Source: an uncultured Planctomycetota bacterium (GTDB lineage Bacteria; Planctomycetota; Planctomycetia; Isosphaerales; Isosphaeraceae). From it: a stretch of 64,000 bases of DNA. The stretch covers positions 2,464,001 to 2,528,000 of the forward strand of contig CAWGMQ010000010.1 of assembly GCA_963823665.1 (NCBI GenBank), given 5' to 3'. Below the pieces are notes generated by a model that was given only the letters and a program-made list of their open reading frames with translations, had not been told where the DNA came from and did not search any database. The first letter of the stretch is position 1; every line of letters begins with the position of its first letter. A program made the position numbers and the translations under genes. Of the stretch, positions 30,472-41,392 are shown piece after piece.

Positions 30472-30492
30472 AAAAGGTGTCAGGAACGATTC
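30472..30492 (+). repeat. dispersed short repeat copy 2
   Basis: AAAAGGTGTCAGGAACGATTC. Confidence 0.88.
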
Positions 30493-30512
30493 GGCGCAAT
30501 TGCGGTGAAACT

Positions 30513-30571
30513 GGAGGTCTCCCGTCATGCACGGGTCTCCGACCCGCCCTTCGCCCGATCTGAGGTCTCCC
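30513..30571 (+). repeat. GGTCTC-containing dispersed repeat, copy B
   Basis: three GGTCTC at 30516, 30534 and 30564 (GGGTCTCCGACCCGC...CCGATCTGAGGTCTCCC). Confidence 0.55.
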
Positions 30572-30613
30572 GAATTTCTCGCCCGCGGCCGCGTTCCTCC
30601 CAACGGCGCCGAA

Positions 30614-32622
30614 TCATTCCGCGAACGCCTTGGCCGGCATCACGAGATCCATCATCAGCACACGAAAATCGGCCCGGTTCCGCAGCGGGTCCAAGGCCGA
30701 TTCGGTGCGGAAAGCGTCGGGGATGCGATAGCCCATCGACTCGGCCAGGCGCAACCCGGCCATCGCCTTCTCGGCCTGGTCGACGCCTTCCGCGGCGGCC
30801 ACTCCCGAGCCCGGCCGGCCGGCGAGTCCCGCCAGACCGGCGTGGCAGCATCCCCTTATGAAAGTATGCTCGCCGCTCACGGACTTGGCCCCGTCGTATA
30901 TCGCGCACGCACGCTTCCAGGCAGTAGCGGCTCCCGCCAGGTTTTCCATGCTGAATCGCACCTGGCCAAGTCGCAGGTACACGTCGCCAAGGCCCGCGCG
31001 GAACCACGGGACTTCGGGATGCGCCTCGACCAGAGGCTCACGCACCGCCAGCGCGCGCTCACATGCGGCGAGCGCCTCCTCAAGCCTCCCGGACCGACGA
31101 AGCAGGTCCGCCGTGTTGGTCTGGCAGTTCGCCAGCGAATCCCTGTCCAAAGGCGTCGCTGAGCTCGGCTCGGCGAGATTCTGTCTGATCGCCTCTTCCC
31201 GCGCGTAGTAGACGATCGCCTCGTCGGTTTTTCCAGCCTGCGCGAGCTGCCAGCCGATGCCTAGCAGGATGTCTGCCAGTTGCCTCTGAAATTGGGGGAT
31301 GGCTGGGTTGTCGTCCGCGAGCGCCCGGCACGAGGCATACCGGTCTTCAGGCCCAGAGGCCATGGCTCGGAGGCAGATCGCTTCGAGCGCCGGGTCGATC
31401 CTGCGGTCGAGCCCACGCGGTCGGGGGAACTCGCCCCGCTGCACGGCGTGAATCACGTCGCCCGCTTCGCCCGCAAACGGCGGCCGACCGGTGAGCAAAC
31501 AGTAGAGCGTCGCTCCCAGGCTGTAGACATCCGACCGTGGACCCAACCGGTCAAGCTGACCTACGGCCTGCTCGGGGCTCATGTAGGCCGGAGTGCCCAG
31601 CGCCGAGCCGGGCAACGTCTCCGACGAACCGCTTGCCGAGGAGGGCAAGAGCGTCCGCTCCACCGCCGCCGGGTCCGACTTGCCCGTGGCTTTGGCCAGC
31701 CCCCAATCCACCACCAGCGTCTCGCCGTGCCGCCCGAGGATGATGTTACTTGGCTTGATGTCCCGATGCAGCACGCCGCGGGAGTGCGCGTATTCGATGG
31801 CGTTGCACACGTCCGTGAAGCGCCGCAGCAGCTTGCGCAGCTCGAGGTCGCGAGAAGCGGCCGCCATGCCAGCGACATCCCGGCCCTCCCCCACAAGCGG
31901 GGAGGGCGATTTTGTGATGCTGCGTCGATGAAATCGCTCAATCGCTTCCTTGAGGCTCTCGCCGCGGATGAACCTCATGGCGTAGTACGGTCGGCCGTCG
32001 TCGTAGGCCCCGAGACCATAAACCGGGACAATTCCCGGATGTCCAGCCCGCCGGTGACCTTGGCCTCGAGCAGAAACCGCCCGCGACTCACCGGGTCATC
32101 CGCGTGCTTGTCGAGGATTTGCTTGAGCGCGACTTCGCGGTTCAACTCGCCGTCGAGCGCAACGAAGACAGCGCCCAGGCTCTGCGCGTGCGGGCGGAGA
32201 ATGCGAAACCGCAATCCGTCGCTGGTCACCCTGCCGACGGAATAGCTGAGGGTGCGCCCCGCATCGTCTTCGTCATCGTCTCGCGTGGAGGCCGAGCCAA
32301 TGCGGATCAGGCTGGCTTCGATGGCAGGCTCGCCGATGGCCGACAGGCCCTCGCGCGTTGAACGGCCCGCAGGCATGACGGCCAGGCTCTTTTCGACGTC
32401 GTTACCGTGCTTCTTCAGATGCCTGGCGACCAGGGCCTCGATGGCAATACGGTCGTCGGCGTCGAGGCCTCCGCCGTCGGCCAGGTGATCGGCCAGGGAT
32501 CGAGCCTTGTCGCGCGTGCATGCGGCGAATGCCGCGAACAGATCCCCCTGGTCGATCAGGCCCGCCTGCAGAGTCAGCAGGCCAAAGAGCAGGTTCCGCG
32601 CTGGGTCGGTGGATTGGGACAT
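30614..32622 (-). pseudogene. Ser/Thr kinase-TPR paralogue with a large in-frame internal deletion and a frameshift near 32042
   Basis: Near-identical kinase motifs to 26610-30380; GGLDIRE where the paralogue has GGLEHPGI; kinase end ALADD is joined directly to NPAIPQFQ, with the TM helix and most repeats missing. Confidence 0.75.
31883..31907. repeat. palindromic element in-frame within the kinase gene
   Basis: gccctcccc-cacaagc-ggggagggc, encoding SPSPLVGEG, absent from both paralogues. Confidence 0.7.
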
Positions 32623-32697
32623 GGTGGTAACTCACAGTCGATCGAGGGCCAAGCAGTGCCGCTCCAGCCCGGCCATGCCGAGGCCGTGCCGAATTGA

Positions 32698-32727
32698 TTG
32701 TAAATCGCCCGGATTCGGCTGTACCAT
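32698..32727 (+). promoter_or_regulatory. sigma70-like promoter TTGTAA-N18-TACCAT, probably giving a leaderless ECF mRNA
   Basis: -10 ends 6 nt before ATG 32734; no Shine-Dalgarno. Confidence 0.45.
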
Positions 32728-32733
32728 AAGCGA

Positions 32734-33489
32734 ATGTCCCCTCCCGACCAAGAAACGCGATCCAGCTCGACAGGCCCCCAGCGATTCCACACCACGCACT
32801 GGAGTCTCGTGCTCGCTGCTGGACGGCGGTCGTCGCCCGACGCTCGCGACGCTCTGGCCAGTCTCTGCGAGGTCTACTGGTATCCGCTCTACGCCTACAT
32901 CCGGCGAAAAGGACATTCCCCGGCCGATGCCCAGGACCTGACCCAGGAATTCTTCGCCTGGCTGCTGGAGAAAAACCTCGCGGGCAAGGCGGACCCTACG
33001 CGAGGTCGGTTCCGGTCGTTCCTGCTCACATCGCTCGATCACTTCCTTGCCAAGTATTGGCGTCGCGCCGGCACACGGAAACGTGGCGGAGGACACGCCG
33101 TCGTCTCGCTCGATCTCGCCGCGGGCGAGAACCGCTACACTCTCGAGCCCGCGCACGAGCTCACTGCCGAGATGATCTACCGGCGCCGCTGGGCGCTCAC
33201 GCTGCTCGAAAAGACCCTCGCCAGTCTGCGCGACGAGTTCGTCACACGCGGAAAGCTCGAGCTGTTCGAGCACCTCAAGCCGCACCTGGGCGGCGACGAG
33301 ACCACGGTGCCGTATAGCCAGCTTGCAGAGGTCGTGGGCAAGACCGAAGGCGCGGTCAAGGTAGCCGTCCATCGGCTACGGCAGAGATGCCGCGAGCTCT
33401 TGCGAGCCGAGATCGCCCAGACGGTCTCCAGTCCGGAGGAGGTTGACGAAGAGCTGCGAGACCTGTTCGAGTCGGTCGCTCAGCAGTAA
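32734..33489 (+). CDS. ECF-type sigma-70 factor, kinase-associated
   Basis: FHTTHWSLVLAA, YWYPLYAYIRR, DAQDLTQEFF, GRFRSFL, EGAVKVAVHRLRQR. Confidence 0.92.
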   Translation: MSPPDQETRSSSTGPQRFHTTHWSLVLAAGRRSSPDARDALASLCEVYWYPLYAYIRRKGHSPADAQDLTQEFFAWLLEKNLAGKADPTRGRFRSFLLTSLDHFLAKYWRRAGTRKRGGGHAVVSLDLAAGENRYTLEPAHELTAEMIYRRRWALTLLEKTLASLRDEFVTRGKLELFEHLKPHLGGDETTVPYSQLAEVVGKTEGAVKVAVHRLRQRCRELLRAEIAQTVSSPEEVDEELRDLFESVAQQ

Positions 33490-33569
33490 ACGCGAAGAAG
33501 GTTGTAACCTTTCGAGATTTCTGGGTTATTGGTGGGTAGACACGAGGCTTGATGCCATGAGGTCCTACC

Positions 33570-35726
33570 ATGACCGAGATCCGAAGATGCCAGCATTGCC
33601 ATTCGGACCTGCCGCCCGATGCCCCGGATGGCGTCTGCCCTCAGTGCGTCCTGAGGCTGGGTTTCGCCGGCCAATCAGAAGGTCTAGCCGATCACACGGC
33701 TGACTTGACCGCTCGTGGGCGAGTAGAACCCACATCCGGTTCCGAACCACGGCCGGCAACGCCCCCCTTCACGAGCCCCAGCCGATTCATTCCGCCCAGT
33801 CCCGAGCAGCTTGCCCCGCATTTCCCGCATCTCGAGATCGAGGAGCTGCTGGGCTCCGGTGGCATGGGCGCAGTGTACAAGGCTCGCCAGCGGCGGCTGG
33901 ACCGGCCGGTCGGACTCAAGGTCCTGCCCCCCGAGGTCGCCGCGGCCCCGGGGTTCTCTGAGCGGTTCACCCGTGAAGCCCGGGCGCTTGCGCGGTTGAA
34001 CCACCCTCACGTCGTCACCGTGCACGACTTCGGCGAGGCCGGCGGGATGTACTACTTCCTCATGGAGTTCGTCGACGGCGCGAACCTCCGGGAGTTGATC
34101 GCCGGCGGCAAGCTCCAGCCGCAGGAGGCGCTGGCGATCGTTCCCCAGGTTTGCGAGGCGCTCCAGTACGCGCACGACGAAGGGATCGTGCATCGCGACA
34201 TAAAGCCCGAAAATATCCTGCTTGATCGCAAAGGCCGCGTGAAGATCGCCGACTTCGGCCTGGCCAAGCTGTTTCGCAACGGAGGCTCGCTCGTGGGCAG
34301 GGCCGCTTACTCGCTCACTGGCTCGCAGCAGGTCATGGGCACGCCGCACTACATGGCCCCGGAGCAGATGGAGCGCCTCAAGGCGTCGATCACCGCGCGG
34401 ACATCTACTCGCTGGGCGTGGTGTTCTACGAGATGCTCACCGGCGAGCTGCCCCTGGGCCGCTTCGCGCCGCCATCGCGAAAGGTCCACATCGACGTGCG
34501 GCTCGACGAAGTCGTCCTGCGCACGCTCGAGAAAGAACCGGCAGCTGCGCTATCAGCACGCGAGTGACGTAAGAACCGATGTGCAAAACATCTCTCGCGC
34601 CGCCCCGGAACCGCGCTGGCCCGACTTTGAACCCGAAGCCGGCCCGGACGAGCTTCATTTCAAAGACGCGCAATCACAAGTCGCGCTGCCGGCCCTCGGG
34701 CTCGGCCTTGTCGGAGGAATCGGGTTCATCCTCTCATTCATCGCACTCTTCGTCGTGATGAATGCCCCCCCCAGGGCCCCCGGCGTCATCGAGGCATTGC
34801 TCGCGGCGGCGCTCACGCTCATGATCTCGCTGTTCATTGCCGCAGGAGGAAGCGCGATGGCAAGGCTTCGCTCGTACGGGCTTTGTCGCGCGGCCAGTAT
34901 CCTGGCGATCCTGCCTTGTCATGTCGCCTGGTTGTTGGGCATGCCGGCCGGCGTCTGTGCGTGGACCGTGCTGAGCCGGCCGGACGTACGCGCCGCGTTT
35001 CACGGCAAGACGTCCCGAACGCGCTCCAGATCGACCGCATTCAACGCGCTGGTCATCATCGCCGCCGCATTCTTGATTGGCGCACTGCTGATCGTCGTCG
35101 CCCATTTGTGGACCGCCGCGAGCACGCCGTCGGCTGCCTCGCCCGTTTCCGCTCCACCGCCAAGCCCGCTGCCGCTGATCCCAGCACGAACCCGAGGGTG
35201 GGAGCTTGGTCCGACCGGCCCCTCCTTGACCGACACGTTCGCTCGATCAGTGCTTCGTCTGAAATCCGAACAATTCATGAAAGTCAACAAGATCCTCCGG
35301 GCCGCTTACGAGGAATCCGTGGCGCTCGAAGCGCGGAACACCGAGCAGCACACCGACGACTCAGGCCACCTCGTCATCACGATCCAGCCCTACGCCGGCC
35401 CGGTAGCGAAGCTCGAAAACCGTCTCTGGTCCGAGCTCGACGCGATCCTGGACAGGCAGCAGCAATCGATCGCTCGCCTGAACCTCGAGCTCGATCCCCC
35501 GCGCGAACGAGGGGAAATCTCCCTGGCCGAGCTTTGTGGGCCCGGCTTCTTCGGCTGGGGCAAGGAAGGCGTTCGGCTCGAGCTTTGGCGCGTCGGCACG
35601 TGGTATCACTGGAAAACCCAATTGCCAACCGGACAGGAGCAATCCGAAAGCGCTCCTCAGCTTCCCAAAGAGTATCAACGCTTCTGGAAGGAACCGGAAA
35701 AGGTGTCAGGAACCTTTCCCCTGTAG
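33570..35726 (+). CDS. membrane Ser/Thr kinase with N-terminal CxxC..CxxC motif; two compensating indels near 34377 and 34540
   Basis: [60 protein letters not shown] lies in a shifted frame; several TM helices follow. Confidence 0.9.
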   Translation: MTEIRRCQHCHSDLPPDAPDGVCPQCVLRLGFAGQSEGLADHTADLTARGRVEPTSGSEPRPATPPFTSPSRFIPPSPEQLAPHFPHLEIEELLGSGGMGAVYKARQRRLDRPVGLKVLPPEVAAAPGFSERFTREARALARLNHPHVVTVHDFGEAGGMYYFLMEFVDGANLRELIAGGKLQPQEALAIVPQVCEALQYAHDEGIVHRDIKPENILLDRKGRVKIADFGLAKLFRNGGSLVGRAAYSLTGSQQVMGTPHYMAPEQMERLKASITARTSTRWAWCSTRCSPASCPWAASRRHRERSTSTCGSTKSSCARSRKNRQLRYQHASDVRTDVQNISRAAPEPRWPDFEPEAGPDELHFKDAQSQVALPALGLGLVGGIGFILSFIALFVVMNAPPRAPGVIEALLAAALTLMISLFIAAGGSAMARLRSYGLCRAASILAILPCHVAWLLGMPAGVCAWTVLSRPDVRAAFHGKTSRTRSRSTAFNALVIIAAAFLIGALLIVVAHLWTAASTPSAASPVSAPPPSPLPLIPARTRGWELGPTGPSLTDTFARSVLRLKSEQFMKVNKILRAAYEESVALEARNTEQHTDDSGHLVITIQPYAGPVAKLENRLWSELDAILDRQQQSIARLNLELDPPRERGEISLAELCGPGFFGWGKEGVRLELWRVGTWYHWKTQLPTGQEQSESAPQLPKEYQRFWKEPEKVSGTFPL

Positions 35727-35779
35727 CAGGCACACTCCGTGTGCCGCCAGCCCCACTAAAAGGTGCCAGGAACCAATTC
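35698..35779 (+). repeat. mosaic of dispersed repeat copies 3 and 4 flanking a GTAG-REP-like palindrome
   Basis: AAAAGGTGTCAGGAACC 35698-35714; GTAG-CA-GGCACAC-TCC-GTGTGCC 35723-35745; AAAAGGTGCCAGGAACCAATTC 35758-35779. Confidence 0.85.
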
Positions 35780-35822
35780 GCGGTGTGCACCACGCTCAAA
35801 CCGCAGACACCCTGCCGCCACC

Positions 35823-38800
35823 CTAGCGGCTTTGTCCGAACGGGTTGGCCGGGAACCCTACGTCAAGCAAGAGCATCTGGTAATCGCGGCGCGAACGGAT
35901 CGGGTCAAGGTCCGTGTCGGACCTCATGTGGGCAAGTCTTTGCCATCCGGCAGCGACGGCCTGGCGCAGGCTCAAAATCGCCTGGTCCGCCTCGGCCTCT
36001 CCGTCGGCCGCGGTGAGACCAGATCCGGCTTCGGAGGCGACGCCGGAAAGCAGCGACTGGCAGCACGCGAGGTCGTAGATGTCAACGGCCGCCGGGCTTG
36101 CCGACCCTTTCAGGAGCTTGATCGCCTCGCGAAAGTCGAGACCGCCTCGCGGAGCCGGCCGCATTTCTGGAGCGTGATCCCGCGACGCCTCACGCCGCTG
36201 GCAAGATTGTACCGCGAGGCAGACAGCTCGGCCTCGACCAGCCTGCGCTGGATCGTCACCGCTTTGTCGTGCCACGGCAGCGCTTCCGAAGGTGTGCCGG
36301 CCGCGGTGAAGAGGTCGCCGATCTCCAGGTAGGCCCCGGCGAGCTCGGACTGGATGCCAAGGTCGTTTAGCCCTGCATTGGCAAGCTTTGTCGCAATCGC
36401 CACGGCCGGCTCACGGGACTTGAGCGCCTGTGACATCTGCCCGGCCCGGGCGTGGATCTCCGCGATCTGTCTGTGAATACGGATGAGCTGCGTCTGGTCT
36501 CGCACAACGGAAGTGCCCGCCTTCACCAGCGTCTCCCGCGCCTTCCGGGCCCCCTCGAGCAACGGGAGCGCCTCGGCATCCCGTGCTAATCGGACCAGAA
36601 TCGCGGCGCTCATCGCGTCGATCCAGGCCCGATCGCGGGTGACGGAAAGCAGGCTCGGGTTGGCGTCTCCGATCACGCGGAGCATCTGACGCGCCCGGTC
36701 GTCGGCCGCGAGCGCCTCATTGTCGCGACCCGCTTCCTCGAGCGCGATTGCCAGATTGCCCAGCGTCCGGGGCACCTCATGGGCGATCCGGGCATCGGTC
36801 GGATTCGCCCGGAAAACCTCCTCGACCAGGTCGCGTGCCCGCCCGTAGACTGCCAGCGCCTGATCACTCTGGCCCGACGATTCCAAGTGCATGGCCAGGT
36901 CGTCGCAGGTCATCGCGAGCTCGAGTCGAACCTGCTCGTCCGACGGTTTGATCCTGACCACATCCTCCTGAATGGCTCGCGCTCGCTCCAGCGTCTCCAG
37001 CCCTTCACCCACTCGTGAGTTCTCCAGGAGAAACGTTCCACGAAGATGTTCGACACGTGCCAGCTCGCTCCGGCGCCCGAGATCGGTGCGGTCGATCGCG
37101 GCCACGTCCTGGGCGATCGCGCTGGCGCGGCTTGCGGCCGCCAGGGCCTCGGCCTTTTGCCCGAGCGACGAGAACGACGATGCAATCGTAGCGTAGGACC
37201 GTTCAACCTGGCCCAGGACCTCCGTGTCGTCCGGCGAGTCGCGCGCGAGGTCTTCGAACAGGGCTAAGGCTCGCCGGTGAATCACCAGCGCATCTTTCTT
37301 TGAATCGAGGTCCTTCGTGAGCTCGCCCACTTGGAAGTAGGCACGCGCAAGCGCCAGCCGCGAGTCTCGGTCCGCGTGGCCCCCGAGCATCCCCTCCAGC
37401 TTGCGGTAGAACTCCTGCGCCCGCGCAGCAGCTTGGTGCGGAGCGTGCCAAACTCCTTCTGTTTGAGCAGCAGATCCTCGCTGACACCGGTGTGGAACAT
37501 CCGGATCGCCTCCTGCGCCAGCGCGAACCGTGCCCGCTCCCGCCCGTTGGAGGCCGCCAACTCGTTGTTGGCGCGGGTTACCTCCGCGTTGGCGAGCGCC
37601 AGCTTGGCATTCGAAGCCTTCAGTTCAGTATTCGCCCGGGTCTGGACCGCCAGCACCGCCGCCGTTCCAACCAATGCCACGAGCACCGCCGCGCCCGCGG
37701 CAATCACCACCGTTCGGTTGCGCCGCGCCCACCGCCGCGCCCGTCGCGAGAGCGGCTCGCGCCAGGCTGTCACCGGCTCATCGGCCATCCACCGCTCCAG
37801 GTCGTCCACCAGCGCCTTGGGCGTCGGATAGCGGTCCGCCGCCATCGTGGCCATGGCCTTCAGGCAGACGGCCTCCAGAGCCTTATCGAGCGCCGGATCA
37901 CGATGGGATGGCCGTGGAAATTCACCTTCCTCGACCGACCGCAGGATGACCCCGATGTCCTCGCCCGTGAACGGCGGCTTGCCGGTCAGCAAGCAGTAAA
38001 GCGTCGCGCCCAGGCTGTACACATCGGACCGCGGGCCAAGATGTTCGAGGTCGCCCCGCGCCTGTTCCGGGCTCATGTACGCCGGAGTTCCCAGCGCGCT
38101 TCCGGCCAAAGTTTCCGACGAGCCGCTCGACGACGGCGTAATCGTCTGCTCCCCGGCCGTCGGATCAGCCCGCCCGACGGCCTTGGCCAGCCCCCAGTCC
38201 ACAACCAGCGTCTCGCCGTGCTTGCCCAGGATGATATTGGCCGGCTTCAGGTCGCGGTGGATCACACCGCGAGAGTGCGCATAGTCGATCGCGTTGCACA
38301 CGTCGGTGAATCGGTGCAATAGCTTGCGCAGCTCGAGCGACCGCCGACCGGGATCTTTCCCGAATACCTCGTCCTTGTGAAACCGGTCAATGGCCTCTTT
38401 GAGAGAATCACCCTTGATGAATCGCATCGCGTAGTAAGGACGCCCCGCTGCATCCGTGCCCAGCCCGTACACAGGAACCACGCCGGGGTGCTCCAGCCCC
38501 CCGGTGATCTCGGCCTCCGCGACGAACCGTTGACGGCTGACCCGGTCGTCGGCGTGTTTCTCCAGGATCTGTTTGAGAGCCACCTCGCGGTGCAACTCGC
38601 TATCAATCGCAACAAACACGGCGCCCAGTCCACCCCGGGCAAACGGCCTCAGGATGCGGAACCGCTCGCCGTCGCTCGTGGCGCTGCCGACGGAGTAGGT
38701 GCTGGTTCGCTCGGCTTCATCATCGTCGGGTTCGGTGCCTTCGCACCTCTTGCCCCGGATGGCGCGGGCGAGCGTCGCCTCGATTTCGGGCTCGCCCAGA

Positions 38801-39075
38801 CTTGCCAGGCTGGCGCGGGTCGACCGGCTCGACGGCACGGCGGCCAGGCTCCGCTCCACGTCGCCGTCGTGCGTTTCAAGCTGCACAGCGGCCAGCGCAT
38901 CGAGCACACCTCGCTTGGCACTCGTCAGATCGCCGCGGGCCTCCAGGTGGTCAGCGAGCCCCCGTGATTTATCGAGGCTCCAGGCCTGGAACGCTGCCAC
39001 AAGCTGCACCTGATTGATGATTCCGTTCTGGAGTGCAAGCAGTCCGAAGAGAAGATTGCGGTCGGCAGTGGCCAT
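35823..39075 (-). CDS. Ser/Thr kinase-TPR paralogue, frameshifts near 37420 and 36140
   Basis: DRNLLFGLLALQ N-terminus, HRDLKPAN, DWGLAK, GTPAYMSPEQ, TM helix, helical repeats, C-terminal YDLACC...DTDLDPIRSRRDYQ...FPANPF. Confidence 0.88.
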
Positions 39076-39240
39076 CGCGAAGCTCCGCGGAACAGGACGC
39101 CCCGGCGCCGTCGGTCGCGATTCCGCACCGCATCTAGGGCGCGCCGGAAGCGTCGCGTCGACCGCATTCTCGCATGGGTATCCAGCCCATGCAAACGCCC
39201 ACGGCCCACGACCACCGAGCGAAGCCCTGCTCCCATCGCC

Positions 39241-41343
39241 TCATCTCGGCTGCGCATCCGGGCGCTTGGGTTCGAGTTCCTCGACCGTCTTACCCGGTAT
39301 CAGGTTCTTGCCGGCCAAGCCGGGGTAGTCCTTCGCGTAGCGATAGGCGCGGAAGACCGAATTCCCGCCGAAGCCGCCCGGCCCGCCCGGCGGGCCGCCG
39401 GGTCCCCGAGGTGGTCCTCCCGGCCCGCCGGGACGATTGCCAGGCGGGCCACCCCGCGCGATCATGGTGCGTATCTCCTTCATCTGCTCCTTCTGGTCAT
39501 CGTTCAGCAGGGCTTCGACCTTGCCGTCGACTTCCTTCTGGACCGCCGCCACCGCCGTTTTCTGGTCGGCCGACAGCTTGAGCACGATCTGCGTCGGCAG
39601 CGGCAGAATCTGCCCCGGCGTGCCCATCCCGGCGAAGCCCATCGGGTCGGCGGCGCGCCGCTCGAGAAGCTGCTTTCGCTGCGTCGCGTCGAGGATCTTC
39701 TCGAGCTTGCCCACAACTTCTTTCTGAGTCGCGTCGAGCTTCGCCTTCTGGTCGGGCGTCAAATTGAGGATGAACTGAAACATGGGCGGCAGGATGTCTG
39801 CCAGCGTCGGCGGGCCACCCATCGGCGGGCCGCCGGGCATGCCTCCGGCGAAGGAGCCGCCGGCAGGATTGGCGTACTTCCACACGGTCTCGCCCGCGGG
39901 CGTCACCTCGAAGATCATGCCGCTCACGCTCTCGCAGATCAGCGTGTTGCCGTTGGGTAGCCGGTTGGCGCCGGACATGATGAAGGCGAAAAGGTCCTCC
40001 TTCTTTGGCGCCGTGTACGACCAGATCGCTTCGCTCGGCCCGAACCGCTCCCCGTCCGCGCGGGTGTAATTACCCTCGGCGTCGACCGGAACGACGATCT
40101 CGTCGACCGACGAATAATTGCCCGCCGGCCGGCCCCCGCCGTTATTGAAGACGAGAACGTGCCCCGCCCCGGGATGTCCCTTGGCGATCCATTGCGCGTC
40201 GTGCTGCGCAAAGAGACGTTGATCCGCCGTCGTGCCGGCCCGGTACGAGCTCGGGTTGCCCCAGCGGTAGAGGATGTCGCCACCTTTGCCGCGCTTTCCA
40301 CCGTTGTGGCCGGCGGCCTCGGCGGTTGTAGTGGCGTGGTCGATGATCCAGAACTCGCCGAACGAGCGCACACTGATCATGATCTGATCAAATTCCGCGT
40401 TGTAGGCCACCGAATTCACGTGGGTCCAGTCGGGCAGGAGTCCCAAGTTTCCCCGCGCCGTCGGGTTGCCGACGTACCCGATGCTCTTGAGCCGGTCCAT
40501 TTCCCGCTTCTTCTTCGCCTCGTCCTGCTTCGGGGTACCCTTCGTCGCGAAGTCACCTTGCGGCGGCCCGGGTGGACCGCCGCCGGGAAAGGCCATCTCG
40601 CCGCTGCCGAAGTTGATGTCGATCAGCTCGGGGTGATTGCCCACGTTGCCGAAGTTCGCCTTCGTTGGCTCGGCGTCCTGGATCAAGTGATCCCAGGCGT
40701 GCCACTCCCAGACGACCAGGCCGGTGGTCTTGCCGCTCGGCTTGATCTCAACGAGGGAATCCGCCAGCCACGGCCCGCGCACATTGCTTGGGTCGCGGCC
40801 CGCCGCGACGGCCTCTGCCCCCGTCTTGATCTCCCAGACGATCAGCATGACGTTGCCATTCGGAAGCCGGCAAATCGCGTGGTGCGCCATGCGCTTGTCG
40901 TCATGGAATTTGAAATCCCACACGATGTTTCCGTCCCAGTCGAACTCCTGGACTCGCCCCCCCTGGCCGGCGCCCCCGAAGAGCCGCTCCCGGTTGTCGA
41001 GCGTGGCGGCGCGGAGAAGGTGGCCATTCTCGAGGAAGTAGGCCTCCTGGCCCGCCGTGTACTTGCTCTCCCACGCGCGGACCACCCGCCCTTCCATGTC
41101 GATGAGGTAAGACTTCTTCGAGTTCAGCGGAGCGAGCAGCGTGTATCCTTGGAACGCCTTCGGTTCGTTGAGCTGCAGCCCAAGCGTGAGGGGGCGATCG
41201 CCTGCGGCGGCCTCGGCCTTCTGCGGCGCCGGGCCATCGTCGGGCTCCGCCGCGACCGCGAACACGACCGTCGCCAGCGACAGCGCCGCCACCACCGCGA
41301 CGCCCAACACGCGCCGCCAGATTTGCTCAGGACACAAGCTCAT
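39241..41343 (-). CDS. exported aryl-sulfate sulfotransferase-family beta-propeller protein with an inserted LTxxQ-like helical domain
   Basis: Signal peptide; GYTLLAP, YLIDMEG, AHHAICRLPNGN, DWTHVNSV, ILYRWGNP, QHDA, LVFNNG, RLPNGNTLI, VFRAYRY; AGAGGAG RBS. Confidence 0.88.
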   Translation of the reverse strand: MSLCPEQIWRRVLGVAVVAALSLATVVFAVAAEPDDGPAPQKAEAAAGDRPLTLGLQLNEPKAFQGYTLLAPLNSKKSYLIDMEGRVVRAWESKYTAGQEAYFLENGHLLRAATLDNRERLFGGAGQGGRVQEFDWDGNIVWDFKFHDDKRMAHHAICRLPNGNVMLIVWEIKTGAEAVAAGRDPSNVRGPWLADSLVEIKPSGKTTGLVVWEWHAWDHLIQDAEPTKANFGNVGNHPELIDINFGSGEMAFPGGGPPGPPQGDFATKGTPKQDEAKKKREMDRLKSIGYVGNPTARGNLGLLPDWTHVNSVAYNAEFDQIMISVRSFGEFWIIDHATTTAEAAGHNGGKRGKGGDILYRWGNPSSYRAGTTADQRLFAQHDAQWIAKGHPGAGHVLVFNNGGGRPAGNYSSVDEIVVPVDAEGNYTRADGERFGPSEAIWSYTAPKKEDLFAFIMSGANRLPNGNTLICESVSGMIFEVTPAGETVWKYANPAGGSFAGGMPGGPPMGGPPTLADILPPMFQFILNLTPDQKAKLDATQKEVVGKLEKILDATQRKQLLERRAADPMGFAGMGTPGQILPLPTQIVLKLSADQKTAVAAVQKEVDGKVEALLNDDQKEQMKEIRTMIARGGPPGNRPGGPGGPPRGPGGPPGGPGGFGGNSVFRAYRYAKDYPGLAGKNLIPGKTVEELEPKRPDAQPR

Positions 41344-41392
41344 GGGTGCGACTCCTCTGTCCAACGTGAGTAGTGCATCAATATGCGGCTGT

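Noticed and set aside
26610..39075. Kinase-TPR paralogues as a diversity-generating retroelement or shufflon
   Set aside because: No reverse transcriptase or invertase gene and no adenine-specific template/variable repeat pair seen
39172..39192. Hairpin gcatggg-tatccag-cccatgc as a terminator
   Set aside because: Short stem with only three T following on the minus strand; insufficient support
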